64,000 nucleotides of DNA from positions 16,047-80,046 of the forward strand of contig JANQEG010000128.1 in NCBI GenBank assembly GCA_028278505.1, written 5' to 3'. Position numbers and translations under genes: made by a program. The DNA comes from Rhodobiaceae bacterium (GTDB lineage: Bacteria; Pseudomonadota; Alphaproteobacteria; Rhizobiales; JAKPQE01). The number at the start of each line of letters is the position of its first letter. Within the stretch, counting starts at the first letter, position 1. Shown piece by piece: positions 53,772-63,299 of the stretch. Under the pieces are notes generated by a model that saw nothing but the letters and a program-made list of their open reading frames with translations, ran no database searches and was not told where the DNA came from.

Positions 53772-56096
53772 TTGCGCAAAAACAGTGGTTGCGTTTGGGT
53801 GAATTCGGTGGGAGGTGTTGTGCGTAAGAACCGAAACGCGGCGGTGCGAGGAAGGCCATCCTATGCACACCTGCCGGCAAATCCCGACATTGATGAGACG
53901 CAGACCGAGCGGATCTGTTCGGCGATAACGGCGCTTGCGGCAGCATCGTCGCCGGCCAACAGAACCTGCGATTTCTTCAGGGACTGCGTTCGGCATCTGG
54001 CGACCGCCTACCGCACCAAATTCGCGTTCATCGGTGTTTTCGCCGACGACGAAAAGACCAAGATCCAGACGCGTGCCGTGTGTGCCGACGGCGAGATCGT
54101 CGACAACTTCACTTACGATCTGGCTGCAACACCGTGCAACGACGTCATGGACACCGGCAGTGTCTTTATTCCCGACAGCGTCGCTGCGGCCTATCCGGAC
54201 GACGAGTTGCTCGTCGAAATGGGGCTGGAAAGCTATTTCGGCACGACGCTGATTGTGCCGTCGGGCGAGGTCATCGGCCTTGTGGTGGTCACCGATGTTG
54301 CCCCGATGAAGAAAGACCCGTGGGTCGATCCGGTGCTCGGCCTGTTTGCCGACAGGATCGCGTTCGAGCTGGAGCGCGAAACGGCGGAACAGAACACCCG
54401 CCTCGCGGCCAGCGTCTTCGGGGGCAGCAACGAAGCGATCATGATCTACGGCCGCGATCTGAAGATTTGCGCGGTCAACGACGCCTTCACCAAGATCACC
54501 GGCTGGGCGCGCACCGACATCGAAGGGCAGCCGACCACGGTAATGTGCTCGCACCGTCATGACGAAGCGTTCTATGGCGAAATCGACGCCGCGTTGGAAC
54601 GGGACGGCCACTGGGAAGGCGAGGTCTGGACCCGGAACCAGGCCGGCGGCGTATTCCCGGCGCAGCTCAAGGTCGACGCCGTCCGCGACGCGGCAAGCAA
54701 TGAAATCAACCACTATGTCAGCGTTTTCGCGGACATTTCAGAGCGCAAATACTCCGAAAAGCGCATCTATCGGCTGGCCTATTACGATCAGCTCACCGAT
54801 ATTCCCAACCGGATGTTTTTCCAGGAGAAGCTTGCGGGTGTCATATCCGAAGCGCGACGGGACGGCAGCCGGTTCGGGCTGATCACGCTTGATCTCGATC
54901 AGTTCAAGACGGTCAACGACATGTGGGGGCACGCGGTTGGTGACCGGCTGCTGCGCCTGGTCGCGCAGCGGCTCCTGCAACTGCCGGCGGACAGTTTCTT
55001 CCCGGCGAGGCTCGGCGGCGACGAGTTCGCGATCATCTGGCGGGACATCGACGATCTCATCGATGACCGCACGGCGTGCCAAAGGCGACTTCTGGATATC
55101 ACCGAGTATCTGTCGCAGCCGCACATGATCAACGGCGAGGCCATTCACACATCGGTCAGCCTCGGTGTCGGGTTCTTTCCGGCCGACGGCAAGGATGCGC
55201 AAAGCCTGATCAAGTGCTCCGATCTGGCCGCCTTCTCGGCCAAGAAGAAAGGGCGGGACCGTTGCGAATTCTATAACGCGACGATGGCCAACAAGGCGGG
55301 AAACCAGGTCGCGCTGATCGCCATGCTGCGCAAGGCGATCCGTGAAGAACAGTTCGTCCTGCACTACCAGTCAAAACACGCCGCGGACGATCACCGGGTC
55401 GTCGGCTATGAGGCGCTGCTGCGCTGGACCCCGGAGCAGGACGTGATCGTCGGCCCCGGCAATTTCATTCCGATCGCCGAGGAAACGGGTCTCATTGTTC
55501 CGATCGGCGCCTGGGTGTTCCGCAAAGTCTGCGAACAGGCCGTGCGCTGGCAGGCGGAGGGATTCGAATTCGGCCGGCTCGCGATAAACATCTCCGGACG
55601 GCAATTCATCGATTCCGGTTTTCTCGATTTCGCGCGCGCAATCATCGAGGAGACGAAGGTCGATCCCTCGAGGATTGAGCTGGAGATCACCGAAACCTGG
55701 TTGATGGAAGATCCCGATCTCTCCGCGACCGCCCTGTCGATACTGCGCGACATGGGATTCTACCTGTCGATCGACGATTTCGGCATCGCCTATTCGTCGA
55801 TGAACTATCTGAAGCATTTCCCCGTCACCAAGATCAAGATCGACCGGGCGTTTACGCGCGACGTCTGCACCGACAAGGACACCGCGGCGATCATTGCGGC
55901 GGTCGTGGCGATGGGGCAAAGCCTCGGCATAACGATCCTTGCCGAGGGCGTCGAAACCGCCGAGCAGTTAGAGTGCTTGACGTCGGTGGGCTGTGAGGAA
56001 GTTCAGGGCTTCTACTTCTCCAAACCCGTGCCGGTCGATGAGATCTTCGACTCCGAACGAGAGGGCCCGGCGCGGAACGCCCGGGAAATCGCATAA
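53772..56096 (+). CDS. GAF-PAS-GGDEF-EAL signalling protein (c-di-GMP turnover)
   Basis: 'RLGGDEFAII' (GGDEF), 'YEALLRW' (EAL), 'DDFGIAYSS' and 'EGVET'. A PAS-like segment lies upstream. The start is uncertain because 53772 is a TTG. Confidence 0.85.
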   Translation: MRKNSGCVWVNSVGGVVRKNRNAAVRGRPSYAHLPANPDIDETQTERICSAITALAAASSPANRTCDFFRDCVRHLATAYRTKFAFIGVFADDEKTKIQTRAVCADGEIVDNFTYDLAATPCNDVMDTGSVFIPDSVAAAYPDDELLVEMGLESYFGTTLIVPSGEVIGLVVVTDVAPMKKDPWVDPVLGLFADRIAFELERETAEQNTRLAASVFGGSNEAIMIYGRDLKICAVNDAFTKITGWARTDIEGQPTTVMCSHRHDEAFYGEIDAALERDGHWEGEVWTRNQAGGVFPAQLKVDAVRDAASNEINHYVSVFADISERKYSEKRIYRLAYYDQLTDIPNRMFFQEKLAGVISEARRDGSRFGLITLDLDQFKTVNDMWGHAVGDRLLRLVAQRLLQLPADSFFPARLGGDEFAIIWRDIDDLIDDRTACQRRLLDITEYLSQPHMINGEAIHTSVSLGVGFFPADGKDAQSLIKCSDLAAFSAKKKGRDRCEFYNATMANKAGNQVALIAMLRKAIREEQFVLHYQSKHAADDHRVVGYEALLRWTPEQDVIVGPGNFIPIAEETGLIVPIGAWVFRKVCEQAVRWQAEGFEFGRLAINISGRQFIDSGFLDFARAIIEETKVDPSRIELEITETWLMEDPDLSATALSILRDMGFYLSIDDFGIAYSSMNYLKHFPVTKIKIDRAFTRDVCTDKDTAAIIAAVVAMGQSLGITILAEGVETAEQLECLTSVGCEEVQGFYFSKPVPVDEIFDSEREGPARNAREIA

Positions 56097-56211
56097 AATC
56101 GCCGCCCGTGCCGACGGCGCGGCATTCCCCTTCATCGTATCCCTGCTTGATTGCGGCGCGCGAATGGCTTTGAGTGCGTGCCCGCAACCCTTGCGGCGAT
56201 GGAGGCGAAAC

Positions 56212-56994
56212 ATGGATCTTGGACTGTCGGACAAGCGGGCGCTGGTGCTCGCCTCGACCAAGGGGCTCGGCCGCGGCATCGCCGACGCGCTGGCCGCCGA
56301 CGGCGCGACCGTCACCGTCTCAGGGCGCTCGGGGGCGGAAGCCGCGGCAAGCGACATCGCCGCGGCCACCGGCGCAACCGTTTACGGCGTCGATTGCGAC
56401 CTCTTCGACCGGGCGGCGGTGGACCTTCTGGTCGACGCGGCGCTTCACAAGATGGGCGGCGTCGACATTCTGGTGCTCAATGGCGGCGGTCCGCCGCCGG
56501 GCCCGGCGGCCGGCTTCTCGGCGGACGACTGGCGGCTCTGGTTCGACCGCATGGTCGCCACCAACATCCACATCGCCGGGCGGCTGTTGCCGGCGATGCG
56601 GGCGCGCGGCTGGGGCCGGCTGTTGACGGTCGCCTCGATATCGGTGGTCGAGCCGATACCGATCCTTGCGCTCTCCAACGGGCTGCGCTCGGCGCTGCTT
56701 GCCTGGAGCAAGACGCTGGCCGGCGAGATTGCCGGCGACGGCGTCACCTGCAATCTGATCCTGCCGGGGCGGATCGACACCGATCGGGTTGTCGCGATCG
56801 ACAATTCCGTGGCCGAGAGCAGCGGCAAATCGGTCGATGAGGTCAAAGCGGCGGCAAGCGCGGCGATCCCGGTCGGGCGCTACGGCACGATCGCCGAATT
56901 CGGCGCCGTCGGCGCCTTTCTCTGCTCGGAGCGGGCCAGCTACGTCACCGGCAGCGCGATCCGGGTCGATGGCGGGGTGATCAAGACGGTCTGA
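56212..56994 (+). CDS. SDR-family oxidoreductase
   Basis: 'ALVLASTKGLGRGIADAL' (TGxxxGxG variant) with a Rossmann-fold layout, about 260 aa. Confidence 0.8.
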   Translation: MDLGLSDKRALVLASTKGLGRGIADALAADGATVTVSGRSGAEAAASDIAAATGATVYGVDCDLFDRAAVDLLVDAALHKMGGVDILVLNGGGPPPGPAAGFSADDWRLWFDRMVATNIHIAGRLLPAMRARGWGRLLTVASISVVEPIPILALSNGLRSALLAWSKTLAGEIAGDGVTCNLILPGRIDTDRVVAIDNSVAESSGKSVDEVKAAASAAIPVGRYGTIAEFGAVGAFLCSERASYVTGSAIRVDGGVIKTV

Positions 56995-57047
56995 GGTCGT
57001 GCGTTCTCCGTGACACCTCCCCCCGGTTTGTTCGGACGGCCATCGGA

Positions 57048-57069
57048 TTGCCCGCTTGGGAGCGGGCAA
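57048..57069. terminator. Hairpin between convergent genes (putative terminator)
   Basis: 'ttgcccgct-tggg-agcgggcaa', nested inside a longer-range repeat 'gtttgttcgg'/'ccgaacaaac'. Confidence 0.35.
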
Positions 57070-57124
57070 GGACGACAAAGCGGGGTCGAAGTCCTTCGGG
57101 GCAATCAGGCCAGCCGAACAAACT

Positions 57125-58321
57125 TCACTTATGGGCGATCTTCAGATCGAAGCTGACGCAAGGGTCGAGCGCCATCAGCAAAAGCGAGAGGCCTTCGTGG
57201 AGCCGTTCGCGATTGCTCACCGGCGCGCCGCAAAGACCATGGTAAAGCGGGCCGTGGCCGTGAAAATTCCATTCGGTCGGCGCCAGCACCCGGTATTTCG
57301 TCACACGGCCGTCGGCGATCGCCACATGGTGGAAGAGCCGGCCGCGCGCTGTCTCGACGACGCCGGTGCCGCTGCCCGAGCCTGTCAATGCCGCAGCAGC
57401 CGCGTCCTCGTCGGCAAGCCGGTCGATATCGCTGCGCAGAGCGGCGGCGAAATCGACCAGATCGATGAGCCGGGCGGCGAATCGCGTAGTCAGGCCGGTG
57501 CCGAATTCGGCGCGCAGTTCGGCGATCAGCGGTGCCTGCCAATGGCGCGCGAGCGGCCCGGTCTCATAGACGGTGCCGTCGATCTCGGGCCGGGCGCGGA
57601 AGGCGCCGTCATCGTCACTGTCGAGCCTTTGGCCGATCACGGCGGCGTCGAGCGCCGGCATCGGCACGGTCGGGCCGTCGCCGAAGCGGGCGAGGCGCCG
57701 GGCGCCGAGCGAACGGAACAGCCGCGCGGACAAGGTATCGGCCTCGGCCATCCAGAACAGGAACCGGTCGGCATCGGCAAGCGGCGAACCGTCGAGGCCG
57801 GAGAGGCCGAAGATCTCGTCTTCGATCAGTGCATCGATACGGTCGGCGAGCGCCAGCAGGCCTTTGCGGTTGACCTTGAGCGCGGTTCCGCCGGGCACCG
57901 TCCAGGCGCTTTTCTGAAAGATCAGCCGCGGTACCCTGGCGATCGCGGCGCGGGCCGCGCGCAGCGAATCGAAGGCCGGGTCGCGGCCGATCGCGGTCGG
58001 CACATCGAGCAGCAACCGCCACAGGATCTGGCCGATCGCCTCGGTGCCGACGAGCACATTGCGGGCGGCGGCTGTCGCCGGCGACACGGTAATGCCGAGC
58101 GCCGCTTCCGCCGCCCGCAGCCCGGCGATCCCCTGCGCCTCGCCGCACAGGCTGAACAGCGTCGGCAGCAGGGCGACGGCTTGCGTTACCCCGCGCCCCT
58201 CGAGAATGCGGCTTGCCGCCGGCGCCCGGGTCGAGCCGATGTCGACTTCGGCGATGCGGTCCGCGGCGATCGTCACGGTGACGGCGATCGTGCCTTCGGC
58301 ATTCTGTGCGTTTTCCGCCAA
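57125..58321 (-). CDS. hupK: HupK/HoxV-like [NiFe] hydrogenase large-subunit-related maturation scaffold
   Basis: Large-subunit-like fold. The N-terminal RxCGxC is replaced by 'LFSLCGEAQG'. The C-terminus is 'LDPCVSFDLKIAHK', where only the first Cys of DPCxxCxxH is retained, as is known for HupK/HoxV. TTG start 5 nt after the upstream stop. Confidence 0.7.
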   Translation of the reverse strand: MAENAQNAEGTIAVTVTIAADRIAEVDIGSTRAPAASRILEGRGVTQAVALLPTLFSLCGEAQGIAGLRAAEAALGITVSPATAAARNVLVGTEAIGQILWRLLLDVPTAIGRDPAFDSLRAARAAIARVPRLIFQKSAWTVPGGTALKVNRKGLLALADRIDALIEDEIFGLSGLDGSPLADADRFLFWMAEADTLSARLFRSLGARRLARFGDGPTVPMPALDAAVIGQRLDSDDDGAFRARPEIDGTVYETGPLARHWQAPLIAELRAEFGTGLTTRFAARLIDLVDFAAALRSDIDRLADEDAAAAALTGSGSGTGVVETARGRLFHHVAIADGRVTKYRVLAPTEWNFHGHGPLYHGLCGAPVSNRERLHEGLSLLLMALDPCVSFDLKIAHK

Positions 58322-58325
58322 GGGG

Positions 58326-58823
58326 CTACTCCGGCGCCCGCCCGCGAAAAAGGTCGCGCCGGCTCATGCCGGCCTTGCCGGCGTCGGCGTCCTCGGGCGG
58401 CGGCGTCATCAGCGCCTTCAGCCGGGCTTCGGCCGCGGCGCGGGCGGCATCCTGGCTGTCGAAGCCGAACATCGGCGAGAACAGCGAAAGCGATTTAAAG
58501 GCGCCGACCGCCTCGTCGCCGCCCCATTTGAAACGCTGCGGCCCGGACGGCAGCACGATTTCCGCCTTCTTTCCCATCCGGTTCATCTCCATCGGCTCCG
58601 CCGCAACGGGCAGCGCGATGACGTTCATGAACCAGGGCGTGATGACGACGCCGATCAGATCGTCGCCATAGCGGCGGAACCCGAGCGCCTCGACGACAAG
58701 CGCTTCGTTATAGAGCGGCAGGTCGCGCATCGCCGTCTCGCCGATCTCGACAAACCGCGCAACGAGGGTGTCGATGCGCGCGGCATCGGCCGGCGTCATT
58801 GCCTGGTCCGCCTGGTCGCTCAC
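58326..58823 (-). CDS. hybE: HybE/HupJ-family [NiFe] hydrogenase assembly chaperone
   Basis: 'GVVITPWFMNVIALP', 'LPSGPQRFKWGGDEAVGAFKSLSLFSPM' and C-terminal 'SRRDLFRGR' parallel E. coli HybE. The GTG start overlaps the hypC-like stop. Confidence 0.75.
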   Translation of the reverse strand: MSDQADQAMTPADAARIDTLVARFVEIGETAMRDLPLYNEALVVEALGFRRYGDDLIGVVITPWFMNVIALPVAAEPMEMNRMGKKAEIVLPSGPQRFKWGGDEAVGAFKSLSLFSPMFGFDSQDAARAAAEARLKALMTPPPEDADAGKAGMSRRDLFRGRAPE

Positions 58824-59068
58824 CGGGGTTTCCCGTCGGCGGCGTCGAGCGTGTCGATGATCTCGTCGAACAGGCGCAGGGATTCGGCGGCTGTTTCCGC
58901 ATCCATCCGCTCCACCGCGAACCGGCGCGCCTGGATGATGACGTAATCGCCGACCACCACGTCGTCGGCCAGCAGGGTGAGGTCGACGGTAAGGCGCTCG
59001 CCGTAGCGCTCGACATCGGCGGTCATGCCGTCAAGCGAAAGCACCTTTGCGGGTATGGCGAGACACAT
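58820..59068 (-). CDS. hypC: HypC/HybG/HupF-family hydrogenase maturation chaperone
   Basis: Canonical N-terminus 'MCLAIPAKV'. 82 aa. ATG at 59068. Confidence 0.85.
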   Translation of the reverse strand: MCLAIPAKVLSLDGMTADVERYGERLTVDLTLLADDVVVGDYVIIQARRFAVERMDAETAAESLRLFDEIIDTLDAADGKPR

Positions 59069-59310
59069 ATGGGGCGTCCTCAGGAAAAATGCGCCGGTCG
59101 AGGGCATCGCAACCGTTCAAACGGCCGCGCCGCATCTTAGCAGCGCGCGATTGTCGGCGCGAGGCCTGCCGGCCGGCTCAGGGTCCGCTGCTATCCGGCT
59201 TGGTTGGCCAAGGTCGTCACAGGCTATTGTCGTGATGGCATTTTTCGACTGAAGTGAGGCTTGGACACGGGGGCCGGCCTTTCGTCTCGATGCCATCACC
59301 CGATCGCTCC

Positions 59311-59482
59311 CTTGTCACCGCCCAACGCCTCCCTCGTCACCGCCCAACCCCTCCTTCGTCACCACCCGGTTTATCCGGGTGGTCCAATGGCCTGTCGACT
59401 TGTCAACGCATTGGTGAAGAAATTCATGCGCTTCTGGATGCCGATAGGCCATTGGATTGCCCGCATGAAGCGGGCAATGACG
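59311..59482 (-). repeat. Composite ~170-bp intergenic repeat, copy B (inverted relative to copy A)
   Basis: The reverse complement reads 'gtcattgcccgcttcatgcgggcaatccaatggcc...gaatttcttcaccaa.gcgttg...ggccattggaccacccggataaaccgggtggtgacgaaggagggg...'. This is collinear with 35452-35618. Confidence 0.6.
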
Positions 59483-59532
59483 ACGGAGAGAGGTGAGATG
59501 GACGGTTGAAACTGTAACCGGACGCCAGTGGC

Positions 59533-59865
59533 TCAGGGCCGCAGGCTGACGATATAGGCGATGATATCGGTGATCTGCTGCCGGCCGAGCCCTTGCGTCG
59601 GCATGGTGGCGTGCGGCGCCGTCAAGTAATTGCTCAGCCGCTGCGGCGACGATGCATACATGGCGGCGATGCCGGCGAAGCTCGGCGCATCGGCAAGTGC
59701 CGTAACCTGGACCGGATTGACCACATGGCAGGCGCTGCACCACATCGTCGACAGGCGCAGGCCGTTGACCGGGTCGGGCTTGCGCTTCTGCGCCGATGCG
59801 ATCCCGGCCGCCGTGGCGATCAGCGCGATCGCGAGGATCGAGGCGGTGAAAACCCTGCGCATCAT
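59533..59865 (-). CDS. Periplasmic class I c-type cytochrome
   Basis: Signal peptide 'ILAIALIATAAGIASA'. Haem motif 'CSACH'. A distal 'TMP' Met. GGGGAGG SD. Confidence 0.8.
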   Translation of the reverse strand: MMRRVFTASILAIALIATAAGIASAQKRKPDPVNGLRLSTMWCSACHVVNPVQVTALADAPSFAGIAAMYASSPQRLSNYLTAPHATMPTQGLGRQQITDIIAYIVSLRP

Positions 59866-60134
59866 GGCGACCTCCCCTTATTGCGGACGGCGGAGGAAGG
59901 CTAACGCCTGCCGCGGCCCCGACCAAGAGGCTCCGCCCATGCAAAATGCCGCAACGTTCCGGTTAGAGTTATGAAATTGGAGGGAATCACCGCGACGCTG
60001 CCGACAATACACGATATGTTGCCGGCCAACATCGCCGCCCGTGTTTCGATGCGTTTTGCCGAAACTCAAGCTGCGGCGCCTTCAAATCAAGTCCAGTTGA
60101 GGCGGGCGGGCGGCCCGCCACGGGGAGGTCAGAC

Positions 60135-61475
60135 ATGAACATGCTCGTCGAGCCGTTGCAGAAATTCGCCACAAATTCGCTGGAGCAGCATTGGGCGCCG
60201 TTCACCGCCAATCGGGATTTCAAAGCCGATCCGCGGCTGATCGTCAAAAGCGAGGGCTGTTCCTTATGGAACCACAAGGGCGACCGGGTGATCGACGGCT
60301 CCTCCGGGCTCTTCAACGTTGCCGCCGGCCACGGCCGCCGCGAGATCGCCGATGCGGTGTTCGCGCAGATGCAGGCGAACGACTACACGCCGCATTTCCA
60401 GATCGGCCATCCCGGCTCGTTCGCGCTCGCCGCCAAGCTCTCGGCGATCCTGCCGGAGCCGATCAACCACGTCTTTTTCACCAATTCCGGATCCGAATCG
60501 ATCGACACGGCGCTGAAGATCGCCATGGCCTATCACCGCGCCCGCGGCGACGGCCAGCGCATCCGCTTCGTCTCGCGCGAGCGCGCCTATCACGGCGTCA
60601 ACATGGGCGGCGTGTCGCTGTCCGGCATGGTCAAGAACCGCGAGACCTTCCCGGTGGTGATGCCGAACGTGGTGATGATGCGCCACACCTGGACGCCGGA
60701 GAACACATTCGTGCGCGGCCAGCCGGAAACCGGCGCCGAACTCGCCGACGATCTGCAGCGTGCGGTCGACACCTATGGCGGCAGCACGATTGCCGCGGTC
60801 TTCGTCGAGCCGGTCGCCGGCTCGACCGGAACGCTGGTGCCGCCGAAGGGCTATCTGGAACGGCTCCGGGAAATCTGCGACGCGCACGGCATCCTGCTCG
60901 TCTTCGACGAAGTGATCACCGGTTTCGGCAGGATCGGAAAGCCGTTCGCGGCCGATTTATTCGGCGTCACCCCGGACATCATGACCATGGCCAAGGCGCT
61001 GACCAATGGCGCGCTGCCGATGGGTGCGGTCGCGGTCCGCGACGAGATCTACGAGACGGTCACGGGTGCTGCGCCCGACGAGGCGATCGAATTCTTCCAC
61101 GGCTACACCTATTCGGCCCATCCGGCGGCTTGCGCGGCGGGTCTCGCCACCCTCGACATCTACGAGCGCGAGGGGCTTTTCGAAAAGGCCGCGGCGAACG
61201 CCGACTATTTCCTCGACGCCATATGGAGTCTGAAGGACCTCGACGCGGTGTTCGATCTGCGCGGCATCGGGCTTCTGGCCGGCGTCGAGGTGCATCCGGT
61301 GCCGGGCAAGCCGGGCGTCCGCGGCACGGCGCTGCAGAAAAAGCTGTTCTGGGCCGGGCTGCACGTGAAGTTCACCGGCGACACCGGGATCGTCGCGCCG
61401 CCGCTCATCGCCGAGCGCAGCGATATCGACGAGATCGTCGATATTCTGCGCAAGGTGCTCGGCGCGGAAGCCTGA
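60135..61475 (+). CDS. Class III (omega) aminotransferase, beta-alanine/pyruvate transaminase-like
   Basis: 'FTNSGSESIDTALKIA', 'VFDEVITGFGRIG' and 'DIMTMAKALTNG' (PLP-Lys). GGGGAGG SD. Confidence 0.85.
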   Translation: MNMLVEPLQKFATNSLEQHWAPFTANRDFKADPRLIVKSEGCSLWNHKGDRVIDGSSGLFNVAAGHGRREIADAVFAQMQANDYTPHFQIGHPGSFALAAKLSAILPEPINHVFFTNSGSESIDTALKIAMAYHRARGDGQRIRFVSRERAYHGVNMGGVSLSGMVKNRETFPVVMPNVVMMRHTWTPENTFVRGQPETGAELADDLQRAVDTYGGSTIAAVFVEPVAGSTGTLVPPKGYLERLREICDAHGILLVFDEVITGFGRIGKPFAADLFGVTPDIMTMAKALTNGALPMGAVAVRDEIYETVTGAAPDEAIEFFHGYTYSAHPAACAAGLATLDIYEREGLFEKAAANADYFLDAIWSLKDLDAVFDLRGIGLLAGVEVHPVPGKPGVRGTALQKKLFWAGLHVKFTGDTGIVAPPLIAERSDIDEIVDILRKVLGAEA

Positions 61476-61653
61476 GGCGAATTTGCGGACAAGCCTGCAT
61501 CCCGCCTGAACCGGGGCGGGGACCGGTTGTCGTGCGGGAACAGATACGCTCCGATACCCAACGGCCCTCGGTTTCGGGCGCTGCCGCGCGGGTGTCCGGT
61601 TCAATTCGACGCGGTCGCCGCAGGTGAAAGAGTCGGTGCAGTCCCATAGCCCC

Positions 61654-62940
61654 CTACCCGGACGATGGCGGCTTCATGCGCGCGGGGCGGACGAGAATGG
61701 CCCGGAAGTCGTTGACGTTCGTCAGCGTCGGCCCGGTCACGACCTGGCCGCCGACAGCGGCAAAAAAGCCATGGCTGTCATTGCGGCGCAGCGCTTGCGC
61801 CGGATCGATCCCGGCGTCGCGCGCCCGTGACAGGGTCCGCTGCGTAACGATCGCGCCGGCGATTTCGGCGGCCCCGTCGACACCGTCGGTGTCGCAGGCA
61901 ATAAGCGAAATTCCGGGCCTTCCGGCCAGGGTGATCGCCGCCGCGAGGGCGAATTCGGCATTGGGGCCGCCGACACCGCCGCCCCATCCGGTCACGGTGC
62001 ATTCGCCGCCCGAAAGCAGGGCGACCGGTTGATCGTCTGCGCGCAACCGGGCCTGAACATCGAGCGCAAGCCGCGCCTGGCGCGCACCTTCCTCGCGCGC
62101 CTCGCCGTCGATCGCATCGCCCAATATCTCGACCGCATAGCCTTCCCGTTCCGCCAGCTCCCGTGCCGCATCAAGCGATTGCGACGGCGCTGCGACGACC
62201 TGGTTGGACACACGGGCCAGCATCGGATCGCCCGGAGCGATCACCGGACGCCCAGCGTCAAGCACTTCGCGCGCACGTGCCGGAAGCGCAATGCCGTATT
62301 CGGCGACGATCGCCAGCGCGTCGGCCGCGGTCGTCGCATCGCCGACCGTGGGCCCCGATGCGATATCGGCGGGGTCGTCACCGGAAACGTCGGAGATCAG
62401 AAGGGTGCGCAATTTCGCCGGATAGACCGCCGCGGCAAGCTTGCCGCCTTTCACCCGCGACAGATGTTTCCGCACCGTGTTCATCTTTTCGATCGGCGCG
62501 CCGGAGTTCAGCAATGCGCGGTGCATGGCCTGCTTGTCTTTGAGCGTCATCGGTTCGGCCGGCGCGCATAAAAGCGCCGAGCCGCCGCCCGACATCAGGG
62601 CGAGGACCGTATCGGCTTCGTCCAATCCCGCGACCATGTCGAGCATTCTTTCGGTGGCCTGATGGCCGGCGGCATCGGGAACCGGATGGCCGGCCTCGAC
62701 AATCTCGATGCCTTGGCAGGGGCGGGCATAGCCATAGCGGGTGATGACCAGGCCGGCGCACGGCCCCCAGCGGGATTCGACGGCTTCGGCCATGCGCGCC
62801 GAGGCCTTGCCGGCACCGATGACGATCAGGCGGCCTTCGGGCCGTTCGCCCAGCACCGCCGGGATCACCTGCATCGGGTCGGCGACGGCGACGGCCGCGT
62901 CGAAAAGGCGTCGAAGTAGTTCGGTGTCCGAGAACGACAT
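61654..62940 (-). CDS. Glycerate 2-kinase / hydroxypyruvate reductase family (DUF4147 + MOFRL)
   Basis: 'VIGAGKASARMAEA', 'LMSGGGSALL' and 'LLSGGECTV...LIACDTDGVDG' are typical of TtuD-type glycerate kinases. Confidence 0.85.
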   Translation of the reverse strand: MSFSDTELLRRLFDAAVAVADPMQVIPAVLGERPEGRLIVIGAGKASARMAEAVESRWGPCAGLVITRYGYARPCQGIEIVEAGHPVPDAAGHQATERMLDMVAGLDEADTVLALMSGGGSALLCAPAEPMTLKDKQAMHRALLNSGAPIEKMNTVRKHLSRVKGGKLAAAVYPAKLRTLLISDVSGDDPADIASGPTVGDATTAADALAIVAEYGIALPARAREVLDAGRPVIAPGDPMLARVSNQVVAAPSQSLDAARELAEREGYAVEILGDAIDGEAREEGARQARLALDVQARLRADDQPVALLSGGECTVTGWGGGVGGPNAEFALAAAITLAGRPGISLIACDTDGVDGAAEIAGAIVTQRTLSRARDAGIDPAQALRRNDSHGFFAAVGGQVVTGPTLTNVNDFRAILVRPARMKPPSSG

Positions 62941-63164
62941 GACGGTATTCGATCAGTTCGCGGTGACCGATCAAGCGATTGCTCGACCGGTCGGCACGGA
63001 AACCGACCTATTTCCCCTCAATTTCGGCAACCGGGGCATGGCGGATTTGCAGCTTCTTCACGTTCAATTTCTGCCCCAAAGCTACTCACCCTCACCAAGC
63101 GGCTTGCTTCACCGCGCAGTCCGCATAGATTTCGACGGCGGCATAATGTATCTGAAGTCGTCAT

Positions 63165-63241
<77 letters not shown>

Positions 63242-63299
63242 TTTTTCATCGGTCACAATGCTGCGCAGTTCAATGCCGATGTCGTGCCAGGATGCGCCG

